NCBI GenBank assembly: GCA_052386995.1
Contig: JBQTJP010000243.1
Span: 1-52,239, forward strand
DNA length: 52,239 nt
Direction of reading: 5' to 3'
Origin: Armatimonadota bacterium
GTDB taxonomy: Bacteria > Sysuimicrobiota > Sysuimicrobiia > Sysuimicrobiales > Humicultoraceae
The notes below the pieces were generated by a model that was not told where the DNA came from, did not search any database, and saw nothing but the letters and a program-made list of their open reading frames with translations. Below are positions 17,856 through 27,002 of the stretch, one piece after another; position 1 is the stretch's first letter, and every line of letters starts with the position of its first letter. The position numbers were made by a program, and so were the translations under genes.

Positions 17856-19004
17856 GGTTGACATGCCCATCGTCATGAGGATCTCTCCCGCTGCGCGGCC
17901 TGCCGCGCCCGGTGGGCCCAGGCGTCCGGCCAGGTCCAGCAGGCGCACATGCGTTTTTTCCCGATCCCCCGCGCTCCGCAACAGCGCCCCAACAGACGCG
18001 CTCATGGCATCGGCCGTGGCTCGACCTTGAAGCAGCTCCGGGACGAGCCTTTCCTGCGCGAGGATGTTGGGAAGGGCGGCCCAGCGCGACTTCACGGCCA
18101 GATGCACATAGATCCAGCTGAGCCACGAGCCGCGATACGTCACGACCATGGGCACACCCAGGAGCATGGCCTCGACGGTCGCGGTGCCGGAGGCCGTCAG
18201 CAGCACCGTGCTGGCGGCCAGCACATCGCGGGCGCCGTTGACGATCGTCACGGGCAGGCCGGATCCCGCGACGGCGGCCTCGACGGCGTCGCGAAAGATG
18301 GGCGATGCCAGCCCCAGGACGAAGGTGACCGCGGGATCGTCGTGGCGAAGCCGCCGGCCAGCCTCGAGCATCGGTGAAAGAAGCGAGTCCAGTTCCTGCC
18401 GGCGGCTGCCGGGCAGTAGTCCGACCACGGGCGCGCCGGGCGCGAGCCCGAGGCGCGCGCGGACCGCGGGCGCCGGCTCGACCCCACGCATGTGATCGAC
18501 CGCCGGATGGCCCACGAAGATCGCGTCGGCGCCGGCGGCCCGGTACGCATCGGCTTCAAACGGAAAGATGGCGAGCAACCGCGCGCCGAGGGCGGCCACA
18601 CGAGCCGCCCGCCGTCCGCGCCGAACCGACACCATTGGCGGAACGTAGTACACGGCCCGAACACGACCGCGCAGGCGCTTGAGCAGGGTCAGGTTGAACC
18701 CGGGAAAATCGATCGGGACCAGCAGCGATGGCGGGTCCTCCAGAATACGGGTCGTGACCTCGTCGAGACGCCGCAGGAACGGCCTCAGCTGGCGCGCGGC
18801 TTCAAACCAGCCAATCACCCCCCATGTGGATGAATCCTCCACGAGGGTGACTCCCGCAGCCGCCATGCGCGGGCCGCCCACACCTTCCAGCTGAAGGTCC
18901 GGACGGAGCGCAAGAAGCTCGCGCGCAAGATCGGCGCCGTGCAGATCTCCTGAGACCTCTCCGGCGACCAGGAAGATACGGTTCGATGAGCTAGGTGTGG
19001 CCAC
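17841..19004 (-). CDS. lpxB: Lipid-A-disaccharide synthase LpxB
   Basis: FLVAGEVSGDLHG, IDFPGFN, AIFPFE, FVGHP, LLPGSRRQE, ASGTATVEA, LPNIL, PELLQ. Confidence 0.93.
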   Translation of the reverse strand: MATPSSSNRIFLVAGEVSGDLHGADLARELLALRPDLQLEGVGGPRMAAAGVTLVEDSSTWGVIGWFEAARQLRPFLRRLDEVTTRILEDPPSLLVPIDFPGFNLTLLKRLRGRVRAVYYVPPMVSVRRGRRAARVAALGARLLAIFPFEADAYRAAGADAIFVGHPAVDHMRGVEPAPAVRARLGLAPGAPVVGLLPGSRRQELDSLLSPMLEAGRRLRHDDPAVTFVLGLASPIFRDAVEAAVAGSGLPVTIVNGARDVLAASTVLLTASGTATVEAMLLGVPMVVTYRGSWLSWIYVHLAVKSRWAALPNILAQERLVPELLQGRATADAMSASVGALLRSAGDREKTHVRLLDLAGRLGPPGAAGRAAGEILMTMGMSTLRPI

Positions 19005-19827
19005 TGACCGGTGTGCCCAGCGGTGGGAGGTCGGCTGCGACCACCGAGATGCCGGCCGCGTCGGCCTCCGCGATCACCCGTTCCCGGTCGAGCAGCAGGG
19101 TCCGGCGCCCGTCGATCCCGAGGGCCACCGCACCGACTTCACGCATTACCGCGATCGTCTCCGGCCCCACGGCGGGAATATCGAAGCGCGGGTCCTGATT
19201 CGGCCGGCTGACCTTGACGACCACCGTCTCCCGCGCCATCGCCCCGCCGCGGCTGATCGTGGCGTCGGTGCCTTCGGCGGCCTCGACCGCGAGGATCACG
19301 CCTCGGCGCACAACGACGGTCTGTCCGACGTCGAGGTCGGCCATCCTGCGGGCCACCTTCCTTCCGAGCTCGAGGTCGGCGGCCTCCGCCGGTGTGGGGG
19401 ACCGTGCCGACAGCACGCCCGGGGGCGCCAGAATATCGCCGACGAACCGCGTCTGATCCACCAGCACAATACCCAGCGTCGCCAGCAGGCCCGCTACGTG
19501 CTCGAACACCGGCACGTCCCGCCGATCGTTTGACGGCACCCTCAGAGCGTCCATGGTTTCCCCGCTGGCAAGCAACTGCATGCGCGAGAACTGTCCGGCG
19601 ACGATCGCTTCGCGAACGCCGTGGGTGTGCAGCGTGGCGATGATCTGTCCCCACGCGCCCGGTGGGCATCGCTGATAATGATCGGCCACCTCCGCCAGAA
19701 CCGGGGAGTCGCCAACCACCTGTACGCACGCGACGGACAGGCCCTTGGCCTTGATCGCCGAGGCGATCATCTCGGGGTAGGCGCCCCCCCCGGCCAGCAG
19801 ACCTATCATTCGGTCCCGGTCTCCCAT
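18991..19827 (-). CDS. lpxI: UDP-2,3-diacylglucosamine diphosphatase LpxI
   Basis: GLLAGGGAYP, DVGQTVVV, AVEAAEGTD, KVSRPNQDPRFDIPAVG; lies between lpxA and lpxB. Confidence 0.92.
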   Translation of the reverse strand: MGDRDRMIGLLAGGGAYPEMIASAIKAKGLSVACVQVVGDSPVLAEVADHYQRCPPGAWGQIIATLHTHGVREAIVAGQFSRMQLLASGETMDALRVPSNDRRDVPVFEHVAGLLATLGIVLVDQTRFVGDILAPPGVLSARSPTPAEAADLELGRKVARRMADLDVGQTVVVRRGVILAVEAAEGTDATISRGGAMARETVVVKVSRPNQDPRFDIPAVGPETIAVMREVGAVALGIDGRRTLLLDRERVIAEADAAGISVVAADLPPLGTPVSGHT

Positions 19828-20633
19828 CGGAGAATGCCCCGGCGGCCCTCGCGCGCGGCGACGATGAAGTCGAGGAAGTGACGCACGTAGGCGCTGCTCT
19901 CAGCCTCGGGCCGGAGCGCATCCACCGCTTTTGCCGGTGTGAGACCCGACCGATAGAAGATCCGGAACGCCCTGCGCAGGGCCTGCCGATCGGCCGGTGG
20001 CACGCCGTTGCGCTCGAGGCCGACGGTGTTGACCGTGCGGACGCGGGCCCGGGCCCCGCTAACGAGCATGTACGGCGGCACGTCCTGTCCCACGCCCGAC
20101 ATGCCGCCGACCATGACCATCCGGCCGATATGCACGTACTGGTGGATCCCCGTGACGCCGCCGAGGAACGCGTGCTCGTCGATATGCACCCAGCCCGCGA
20201 TCTGCGATCCACTCACGACGGTCACGCCGTCGCCGAGCACGCAGTTGTGGCTGATCTTCACGAACGACATGATGTAGACGCCGCTGCCGATGTGCGTCTC
20301 GTGTCCTTCACCACTCGCGCGATCGACGCTGGCGAACTCGCTAAACACGTTCTGATCACCGATCACCACGCGCGTGCGCTCGCCACGATAGCCACGATCC
20401 TGAGGCCGGCCGCCCAGCACCACGTGGGAGGCGAGATGATTGTCCCGCCCAAGGGACACGTTGTCATGAATGACGGAGTGGGGTCCGACGACGGTCCCCG
20501 CGCCGACGACCACGTCCGCCTCGACCACCGCATACGGGCCAATCACCACCCCGTCGCCCAGCCGCGCGGACGCGTGCACGACGGCCGTCGGATGGACGGC
20601 GGGACCGTGCGCGAGATTACTCGGATCCCGCAC
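19806..20633 (-). CDS. lpxA: UDP-GlcNAc O-acyltransferase LpxA (divergent active site)
   Basis: VHPTAVV hexapeptide repeats, PQD, catalytic-His segment ISHNC, IHQY...QDVPPY, NTVGLERNG. Start estimated at GTG 20633 (or 20639). Confidence 0.92.
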   Translation of the reverse strand: MRDPSNLAHGPAVHPTAVVHASARLGDGVVIGPYAVVEADVVVGAGTVVGPHSVIHDNVSLGRDNHLASHVVLGGRPQDRGYRGERTRVVIGDQNVFSEFASVDRASGEGHETHIGSGVYIMSFVKISHNCVLGDGVTVVSGSQIAGWVHIDEHAFLGGVTGIHQYVHIGRMVMVGGMSGVGQDVPPYMLVSGARARVRTVNTVGLERNGVPPADRQALRRAFRIFYRSGLTPAKAVDALRPEAESSAYVRHFLDFIVAAREGRRGILRWETGTE

Positions 20634-21129
20634 CGTCACCCACCTCAACGGCAGTGGCCGCGGGCTCCGCATCTCCGGGCGCGTCCACGAATGCGAACAT
20701 CAGCACACTCTCGGCCGCGAGCTGATCGTCAATCCGGGCCTCTGCGCGCACCCTGAACACCAGACCCCGCCGCCGCAGGAGTTCCACCCTGATCACCAGC
20801 TGGTCGCCGGGGACCACCCGGCGCCGGAAGCGCGCGGATTCGATGCCCGTCAGGTACGCATCCCGGCCGCGCAATTCCGTGCGCTCGAGGGCGAGACAGG
20901 CCGCCACCTGCGCCATCGCCTCGACAATCAGCACGCCCGGCATCACCGGATTGCGCGGGAAGTGGCCCGCGAAGAACGGCTCATTGATCGTGACATTCTT
21001 GATCCCGGTGATGCTGCGGCCGTGATCGATTGCCACGATCCGATCCACGAGCAGGAAGGGATACCGGTGAGGCAGCAGTCGCCTGATCTCCTCGATATCC
21101 CACGGGACCTCACGATCAGGACCCGGCAT
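20617..21129 (-). CDS. fabZ: 3-hydroxyacyl-ACP dehydratase FabZ
   Basis: [40 protein letters not shown]. Start at ATG 21129; the ORF track extension is spurious. Confidence 0.96.
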   Translation of the reverse strand: MPGPDREVPWDIEEIRRLLPHRYPFLLVDRIVAIDHGRSITGIKNVTINEPFFAGHFPRNPVMPGVLIVEAMAQVAACLALERTELRGRDAYLTGIESARFRRRVVPGDQLVIRVELLRRRGLVFRVRAEARIDDQLAAESVLMFAFVDAPGDAEPAATAVEVGDGAGSE

Positions 21130-21985
21130 CGCCGCCCGCCCCTTCCCCGCCCCGGCCGTTGAGCCGGGCGGCGATCTCCCGTGCGAGCGCGATGTGGAGC
21201 CCGTGTCCGGCCCGCACCGCAACAACGTGCGCGCACAGGGGCCGTCCCAGCAGCGAGAGATCCCCCAGCGCGTCCAGGATCTTGTGCCGCGCCAGTTCGT
21301 CTGGAAATCGCGGCTCGTTAATGTAACCGTCCGGCCCAAGGACCAGCGCGTTCTCCAGCGTCGCCCCCAGCGCCAGCCCCCGCGCCCGCAGCGCCTCCGC
21401 CTCCGCGGCGAGGCCCCATGTGCGCGCCGGCGCAATCGTGGTCGGGTAATCGTCGCAGCCGGCGTCGAACTCCGCGAGTTGGGGCGGAAGAGTCGTGCCG
21501 TCCGCGGTCGCCACATACGTGAACCGCAGGCGCGGGGCCGGTCCGGCCATAATGATACTTCCGGCGGCGCTCGCCCACACCGGGCGGTCGAGGACGATCG
21601 GGCTCCGCACCGCATCCAGGTCGACGGCGCCCGCCTGCCGGAAGGCGTCGGTGAAAATCCGCGCGCTCCCATCGCCGGAGGGGAGTTCCTCACCGTCGAT
21701 TTCCACCAGAAGATTGTCGATTCCCACCCCCTGCGCGGCCGAGAGCAGATGCTCGACGGTCGCCACGCGCGCCCTCCGGCCGAGCACGACGCCGCGTCCG
21801 GTCGCCGCGACCTCATCGAGCCGCGCCGGAATCGTCGGGGCGCCGTCCAGGTCAATGCGCCTGAACATCACGCCGCTCGCCGCAGGCGCCGGCAGCAGGC
21901 GCGCCCGCACCTCCGCCCCCGTGTGCAACCCTCGGCCCGCGATGGTCACGGCGCGGCCGATCGTTCGCTGCAGGGTCCCCCTCAT
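21116..21985 (-). CDS. lpxC: UDP-3-O-acyl-GlcNAc deacetylase LpxC
   Basis: QRTI...GRGLHTG, TVEHLLSA, GDGSA, APARTW, RFPDELARHKILDALGDL, AGHGLH zinc and catalytic motifs. Confidence 0.96.
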   Translation of the reverse strand: MRGTLQRTIGRAVTIAGRGLHTGAEVRARLLPAPAASGVMFRRIDLDGAPTIPARLDEVAATGRGVVLGRRARVATVEHLLSAAQGVGIDNLLVEIDGEELPSGDGSARIFTDAFRQAGAVDLDAVRSPIVLDRPVWASAAGSIIMAGPAPRLRFTYVATADGTTLPPQLAEFDAGCDDYPTTIAPARTWGLAAEAEALRARGLALGATLENALVLGPDGYINEPRFPDELARHKILDALGDLSLLGRPLCAHVVAVRAGHGLHIALAREIAARLNGRGGEGAGGDAGS

Positions 21986-23778
21986 CGCGGCCGCATGGCA
22001 AGCCTGACGGGATAGAAGGAGCCGGCAATCGGCATGGTCAGCACGGTGACGTCGCGGCTGCTGCCCGGCGGCAGCACGAACGAAGTCACCATGCGCTCCT
22101 CGTTCGCCTGCAGCAGGCCGAGGTCCGCCACGACGCCATCGATCAGGAAATGACCGCGCGCCGGGCCGCCGGCCGCATTCGCCAGCAGAGCCGCGGTGAT
22201 CTGGCGATCGGTTGGATTCACCAGGCGCAGGCGAAACCGATAGAGCACCCCGTAGTCCCCCACCAGGGGCTCGCCGGTGCGCACGTCTCGAAGCTCCGAC
22301 ATGATGCCGAGGTCGCCGATAATCGCGGGCTGGTCGGCGGGCACGTCACGCTTCACGTCGACGAGCGATCCCGGAAACGTCCCGCGGGGATGGGGAAACG
22401 CCCAGGGCCCGAGATCGGTTGTCACGGTCCGATCGAGCAGCCAGGGGAGGCGCACGTGGACCGTGAGATCGATGGGTCCGCCCTCGACCACCTGAAGTTG
22501 CATCAGCCCGGAGACCAGCGCCTGGGGCGCCAGCGTGTAGGCCGTGAATTCCGCTCGTCCTCTTGGAGGCACTTCGACGATGTAGCCGACCCCCGCGGTC
22601 AACGCCGATAAGAACCGGGCCGTGGCCTGATGTCCGGTCAGGACGGGGTCCGGCGCCGGACCCGCGAGGCCGCGCGTGTAGTGGACGCGCGCGCGGGCGC
22701 CCCCGGGGTTGCTGAGGCTGATCTTCAAAATGCGGGACTGCGACGCTGTGCCGTTCAGGTGGTGAAAGAGCAGGCGGGCCGGGTGGTCGGCGGTCAATGT
22801 CTCGTGGAACAGCAGGCCGTCGGCCGTGATGGTCTCCGGCCGATTGCTCACCAGCAGCCGGTCGGGATCGGCGAGCCGGATGGGCGCGTTCGTGACGCTC
22901 ACCTGCACCGAGCCGTCGACCGGCCCGGCGTACGGGCTGGTGATGCGCACTGCCACGGGCACCGACAACGCGGCGCCCGCCGCCAGCGGGGCATCGATCG
23001 GCGCGGCGGCCACGGCGGTGCGTGCGCCGGGCTCCATGCGGACCACCTGGCGCACGCGCCGTGCGACAGCCTCGCGGATGAGCTCCGGCGGCGCAGGAGA
23101 TCCCGTCACGATGACCTCCGCCGCTACCGGGATGACTCCGGCCGGACTGCGCACCGCGATGGCCACGGACGTCTGGTACGGCCCGAGCCGCACGCTGACC
23201 GTCGTGCCACCCAGACGGCGGCCCACCACGCGCAGGGCGCCTTTGGCGAAGTGCACGCCCGCGATCCGCGTGTCGAAGCCATCGAGCCTGATCACCCCCG
23301 GTGTTGGCGCCGTCACCGTTGCGTACGCCACGCCGCCGGGGGAGAGGACGACCTGGGATGGCGAGACCGCAATGGGTGCGACCGCGAGGGCTTCCCGTAG
23401 CGCCGCGGCCCAACGGTCGACAAGCAATGCGGGTGTCGTCTGCTCGCGCGCGGCATCGGCCTCACGTGTCTCGAGAACCATCTGACCGTCCACCAGCAGG
23501 CGCGCCGTCGTGCCGCGGTCGTCCACCGACACCGCAACCGGGGTGAGGAGCGCGCGCCGCAGCCGGCGGGCGGCCGTCTGCAGTTGTGCGCGGGCTCCGG
23601 TGCCGAAGAGCCGGGCCACCGGCTTGCCCCGCACGCGCAGCTCGGCACCGGGGGCAGGGTCGGCGATCCGGACGACCTCGATTTCACCCGGAAGCCCGCC
23701 CGCGGCCCCGAGTGCGGCGTCGACCGGAAGAAATGTGGTGACGACGACGAGGCCGATCAGGGCTGCTCGGCCCGTCAT
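21982..23778 (-). CDS. Hypothetical exported protein, beta-rich, between lpxD and lpxC
   Basis: 598 aa with signal peptide; translationally coupled on both sides (4-nt overlaps); no motif recognised. Confidence 0.75.
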   Translation of the reverse strand: MTGRAALIGLVVVTTFLPVDAALGAAGGLPGEIEVVRIADPAPGAELRVRGKPVARLFGTGARAQLQTAARRLRRALLTPVAVSVDDRGTTARLLVDGQMVLETREADAAREQTTPALLVDRWAAALREALAVAPIAVSPSQVVLSPGGVAYATVTAPTPGVIRLDGFDTRIAGVHFAKGALRVVGRRLGGTTVSVRLGPYQTSVAIAVRSPAGVIPVAAEVIVTGSPAPPELIREAVARRVRQVVRMEPGARTAVAAAPIDAPLAAGAALSVPVAVRITSPYAGPVDGSVQVSVTNAPIRLADPDRLLVSNRPETITADGLLFHETLTADHPARLLFHHLNGTASQSRILKISLSNPGGARARVHYTRGLAGPAPDPVLTGHQATARFLSALTAGVGYIVEVPPRGRAEFTAYTLAPQALVSGLMQLQVVEGGPIDLTVHVRLPWLLDRTVTTDLGPWAFPHPRGTFPGSLVDVKRDVPADQPAIIGDLGIMSELRDVRTGEPLVGDYGVLYRFRLRLVNPTDRQITAALLANAAGGPARGHFLIDGVVADLGLLQANEERMVTSFVLPPGSSRDVTVLTMPIAGSFYPVRLAMRPR

Positions 23779-24815
23779 TTCTCGCTCCGGGGCCGGGCTC
23801 GTCGCGGCGCACGGGTGGTGGCCTTCGCCTCCAGGGCCTCGACCCGCTCGATCAGCTCCGGCACGCGCCGCAGCGCCGCCTGGAGCCGCAACTCTTGATA
23901 GTGATCGCGGGCATAGGCTCCCGAGACGGTCGCGCCCGCCGGGACATCTCTGGCAATGACAGCCCTGCCCAACACCCGGGCGCCCGCGCCGATGGTGCGA
24001 TGATCCGCTACGCCGGCCTGCCCGGCCAGCAGAGCTCCAGGCCCGATGGTCACACTTCCAGAGATGCCCACCTGGGCGATAATGATGACGCCCTCGCCGA
24101 TCGTCACGTTGTGGGCCACCTGCACCAGGTTGTCAATCTTTGTGCCGCGGCCGATGCGCGTCTCGCCCAGCGTGCCCCGATCCACGGTGACGTTCGCGCC
24201 GATCTCCACATCGTCTTCGATCACGACCCGACCCAGATGTGGAATCTTCAGATGCACGCCGTCCTCGGCGGCGTAGCCGAACCCGTCGCTGCCGATCACC
24301 GCGCCGCCGTGGATGATCACACGGTCGCCGATGATCGTGTCGGGATAGATCGTCACGTTGGAGTGCAGGAGGCTGTCGGCGCCGATGCGTGCGCGGGGGC
24401 CAATCGTCACCCCTGCGAGCAGGGTCGTCCGATCTCCGAGCGCGGCTCCGGCCTCAACTACTACGAGCGGACCGATCGTGACGTCGGGGCCGACGCGCAC
24501 ATCCGGCGCCACCACGGCTGTGGGATGAATCCCTTCTCCGGCACGCGGCGCAGGGGCGAACGCGCCGAGCACCCGGGCAAACGCCGCTCTGACGTTTGCG
24601 GCCCGCAGCGCCGGCTTGCGGACCGGGGGGGACGCGGTGCCCACGAGCAACGCGCCGGCCGTCGAGGCGTCGGCGGCCGGTAGCCGCCGCGGATCCGCGA
24701 CCAGGACGATGGCTTCGTGATGCGCATGCGCGAGGTCGGTGATGGCGCGAATCTCGACCTCGCCGGACCCGGACAGGTCGGCCCGCGCGAGGCGCGCCAG
24801 ATCCGCGAGCTTCAT
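23775..24815 (-). CDS. lpxD: UDP-3-O-acylglucosamine N-acyltransferase LpxD
   Basis: [30 protein letters not shown]...[15 protein letters not shown]. Confidence 0.96.
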   Translation of the reverse strand: MKLADLARLARADLSGSGEVEIRAITDLAHAHHEAIVLVADPRRLPAADASTAGALLVGTASPPVRKPALRAANVRAAFARVLGAFAPAPRAGEGIHPTAVVAPDVRVGPDVTIGPLVVVEAGAALGDRTTLLAGVTIGPRARIGADSLLHSNVTIYPDTIIGDRVIIHGGAVIGSDGFGYAAEDGVHLKIPHLGRVVIEDDVEIGANVTVDRGTLGETRIGRGTKIDNLVQVAHNVTIGEGVIIIAQVGISGSVTIGPGALLAGQAGVADHRTIGAGARVLGRAVIARDVPAGATVSGAYARDHYQELRLQAALRRVPELIERVEALEAKATTRAPRRARPRSEK

Positions 24816-24843
24816 TGCGTGGCCCTCCGCGGCCGCCGAAGGC

Positions 24844-25290
24844 CTACTTCAATCGGTCGATGACCTCCTGGGTGATGTCAATCGTCGTTCCGTCCTTGCT
24901 GTAGACAACCGGCCCTTTGACAATGACACCGCGCAGGCGTTTCTCGCGCACCACCTGCTGAATCACATCACGGATCTCCTTGTTCAGGGCCTGCTCGAGC
25001 TCGATCCTGAGGCCCTGCAGCTCCCGAAGATACTGCTGGCGGCGCGCCTCCAGGTCTTCCTTGGACAGCTGCGGAACCAGCAGCTGCAGATCGGTCGTCA
25101 TGGCGCGCTCGCGGTCGTCGATCTCCTTTTGATAGCGCAGGGCTTTGGCGCTCTCGGTGAGGAGCCTCCGGCTGTCGACCAGCCCGACACGGCCGGTCGC
25201 GCAGCCGGCGACGACGATCGCGGTGAGCGCCACCGCCGCCAGGACCTCAGGCCGCGGCCATCGTATCGCGGTGCGCCAGACCATCCGCAT
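24844..25290 (-). CDS. OmpH/Skp-family protein, probable lipoprotein
   Basis: Lipobox VVAG-C, then RVGLVD...helical region...VIVKGPVVY...[11 protein letters not shown]kp pattern. Start at ATG 25290. Confidence 0.75.
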   Translation of the reverse strand: MRMVWRTAIRWPRPEVLAAVALTAIVVAGCATGRVGLVDSRRLLTESAKALRYQKEIDDRERAMTTDLQLLVPQLSKEDLEARRQQYLRELQGLRIELEQALNKEIRDVIQQVVREKRLRGVIVKGPVVYSKDGTTIDITQEVIDRLK

Positions 25291-25303
25291 CCCGCCTGGT
25301 CCT

Positions 25304-26455
25304 TCAGGGACGCCGCATTCTGGCGATGACGGCTTTGGTAACGTCCACGGCGTCGGTGCTGGCCACGGCGCGGGTAAGTACGACATCGATTCTGCGTTCC
25401 TGCGCCACGCTGGCGATCTCGATCTTGATCTCCGCGACCACGCTGTCTTCGAGCCTGATCCGCTGTTCGTGCACCGCACGGAGCTCGGCCTGCAGCTTCG
25501 TCCCTTCTGCCTGCACCTGACGAGCGTACTGCTCCTGCAGCGCGCGCAGCTGCTCTTCGGTTCCGCCGACAAGCAGCTTCTGTCGCTCTTCGATCGCCTT
25601 GCGCAGCCCCGCCTCGCGCGTCTTGGCCTCAGCCCGGAGCTCATCGCGCATCTCCGCCTGTCTGGCGTCGATCTTCTTTGCGGCTTCCTCCTCCAGGGTC
25701 TTGATGAGGGTTTTCAGCTGCGTCTCGGCGTCGGTCGTCCGGGCTTTCTGGAACTCATCGAGGGACTTGTCCAACGCCTGCGCCTTGGCTCTGATCTTCG
25801 CGTCGCGCTCGCGCAGCAGACGGTCGCCCTCCTCGGAGAGCCGCTTGCCCTCTTCCTCATTGCTGACGCCGACGATGTCCGCCTTCAACCGCAGATTGAG
25901 CAGCGGCAGCCGGTATTCGGCCATCGTCGAGAGCTCAAACTTCTCGAGCTCGCGCTGCAGCTCATCGCGTCTGGCCTCGACGCCCTTCTGAAATTCGGCG
26001 TTGAGCGCCCGCTGCGTGTCCGCCAGCTTCCCTTCCTGCTCGGCCCTCAGGTCGGCGACAAACGCGTCGAAGCGGCGTTTGGCCTGCTCTTCGAGCGCCG
26101 TCAGTTCGGCCTGCAGCGAGGCGAAGATACGATCCCCCTCGGCCTGCAGCGTGGCTTTGATATCCGCCCCGGCTGCCGGTGGCTGCGGAGGAGGCAGCGG
26201 ATTGTTGAGACGGATCTGCAGCGTCTCGATTCTTTTCAACAAGGCTTCGAGCTCCGGCCAGCGCCGATGCGACCGCAGCACGGCCTGAATGTCGACGACG
26301 GCCAGGGTCTGGGAGGTCGGGGTGACCTCCGCACCCGGTGTGGGGGCACCCGCCCGCGGATCCGGCGCCGGACGGCCCGCGCCGCTCCCGCCCCCGCAGC
26401 CCGCGGCGATCGTCAGAGCGATCAGCAGGAGCCCGATCGCCAGGTGACGCGGCAT
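25304..26455 (-). CDS. Elongated OmpH/Skp-like coiled-coil lipoprotein
   Basis: Lipobox IAAG-C; Skp-like N-terminal strand (LAVVDIQAVL) and C-terminus (VAQERRIDVVL...VDVTKAVI) flanking a very long coiled coil. Confidence 0.7.
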   Translation of the reverse strand: MPRHLAIGLLLIALTIAAGCGGGSGAGRPAPDPRAGAPTPGAEVTPTSQTLAVVDIQAVLRSHRRWPELEALLKRIETLQIRLNNPLPPPQPPAAGADIKATLQAEGDRIFASLQAELTALEEQAKRRFDAFVADLRAEQEGKLADTQRALNAEFQKGVEARRDELQRELEKFELSTMAEYRLPLLNLRLKADIVGVSNEEEGKRLSEEGDRLLRERDAKIRAKAQALDKSLDEFQKARTTDAETQLKTLIKTLEEEAAKKIDARQAEMRDELRAEAKTREAGLRKAIEERQKLLVGGTEEQLRALQEQYARQVQAEGTKLQAELRAVHEQRIRLEDSVVAEIKIEIASVAQERRIDVVLTRAVASTDAVDVTKAVIARMRRP

Positions 26456-26456
26456 G

Positions 26457-26909
26457 CTACTTGTTGCCCTTGATCTGCTTGATGACGGCTTCGGTCAGGT
26501 CGGTGCCGCCGTAGAGGACGACCGAGCGATCGAGCACCACCGTGACTCCGGCCGCCTTGGCCACGGTCTCCACCGCCGCGCGCAGCTCCTTGTCCAGCCC
26601 GCCGAGCAGCTCGTTGCGCTTCTCGAGGATCTGCTGCTGAAGCTGGCGGTCGAGCTCCTGGCGCTGAAATGCGGTCAACGACTTGCTGCGCTCCTGGAAC
26701 TCACGCTGCTTGGCCTGGAAGAACTCCTGCAGCGCGCGCTCCGAGCTGATCTTCCGGGGGTGGTTGTTGAGCGCCACCTGCATCTCGACATATCCTACGG
26801 AGAACGACTGGCCCAGGGCGGGCGCCTGACGGACGAACAACACGGCGGCCACAGCGATGATGACCACGACACCGGCGGCGACCGCGATCTTTCTGGCATC
26901 GACACGCAT
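26457..26909 (-). CDS. skp: OmpH/Skp periplasmic chaperone
   Basis: Signal peptide, VGYVEMQ...HP, VAKAAGVTVVLDRSVVLYGGTDLTEAV; AAGGAGG RBS before ATG 26909. Confidence 0.88.
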   Translation of the reverse strand: MRVDARKIAVAAGVVVIIAVAAVLFVRQAPALGQSFSVGYVEMQVALNNHPRKISSERALQEFFQAKQREFQERSKSLTAFQRQELDRQLQQQILEKRNELLGGLDKELRAAVETVAKAAGVTVVLDRSVVLYGGTDLTEAVIKQIKGNK

Positions 26910-26937
26910 CTGCGTTACCTCCTTCAACGCCTCTGAC

Positions 26938-26970
26938 AAAACCCTTACGATTGTACTCTACCATGTCAAA
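26938..26970 (-). promoter_or_regulatory. Putative promoter upstream of skp
   Basis: AT-rich patch with a perfect TTGACA plus TGgTAGAGT and TACAAT -10-like elements; -35/-10 spacing is ambiguous. Confidence 0.4.
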
Positions 26971-27002
26971 GCGGGACGCGCGGGCGGCCGCGTGTCCCCG
27001 GC

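Noticed and set aside
20617..21855. Apparent 412-aa extended FabZ or LpxC-FabZ fusion
   Set aside because: The extension is an off-frame reading of lpxC; lpxC has its own stop at 21116 and fabZ its own ATG at 21129.
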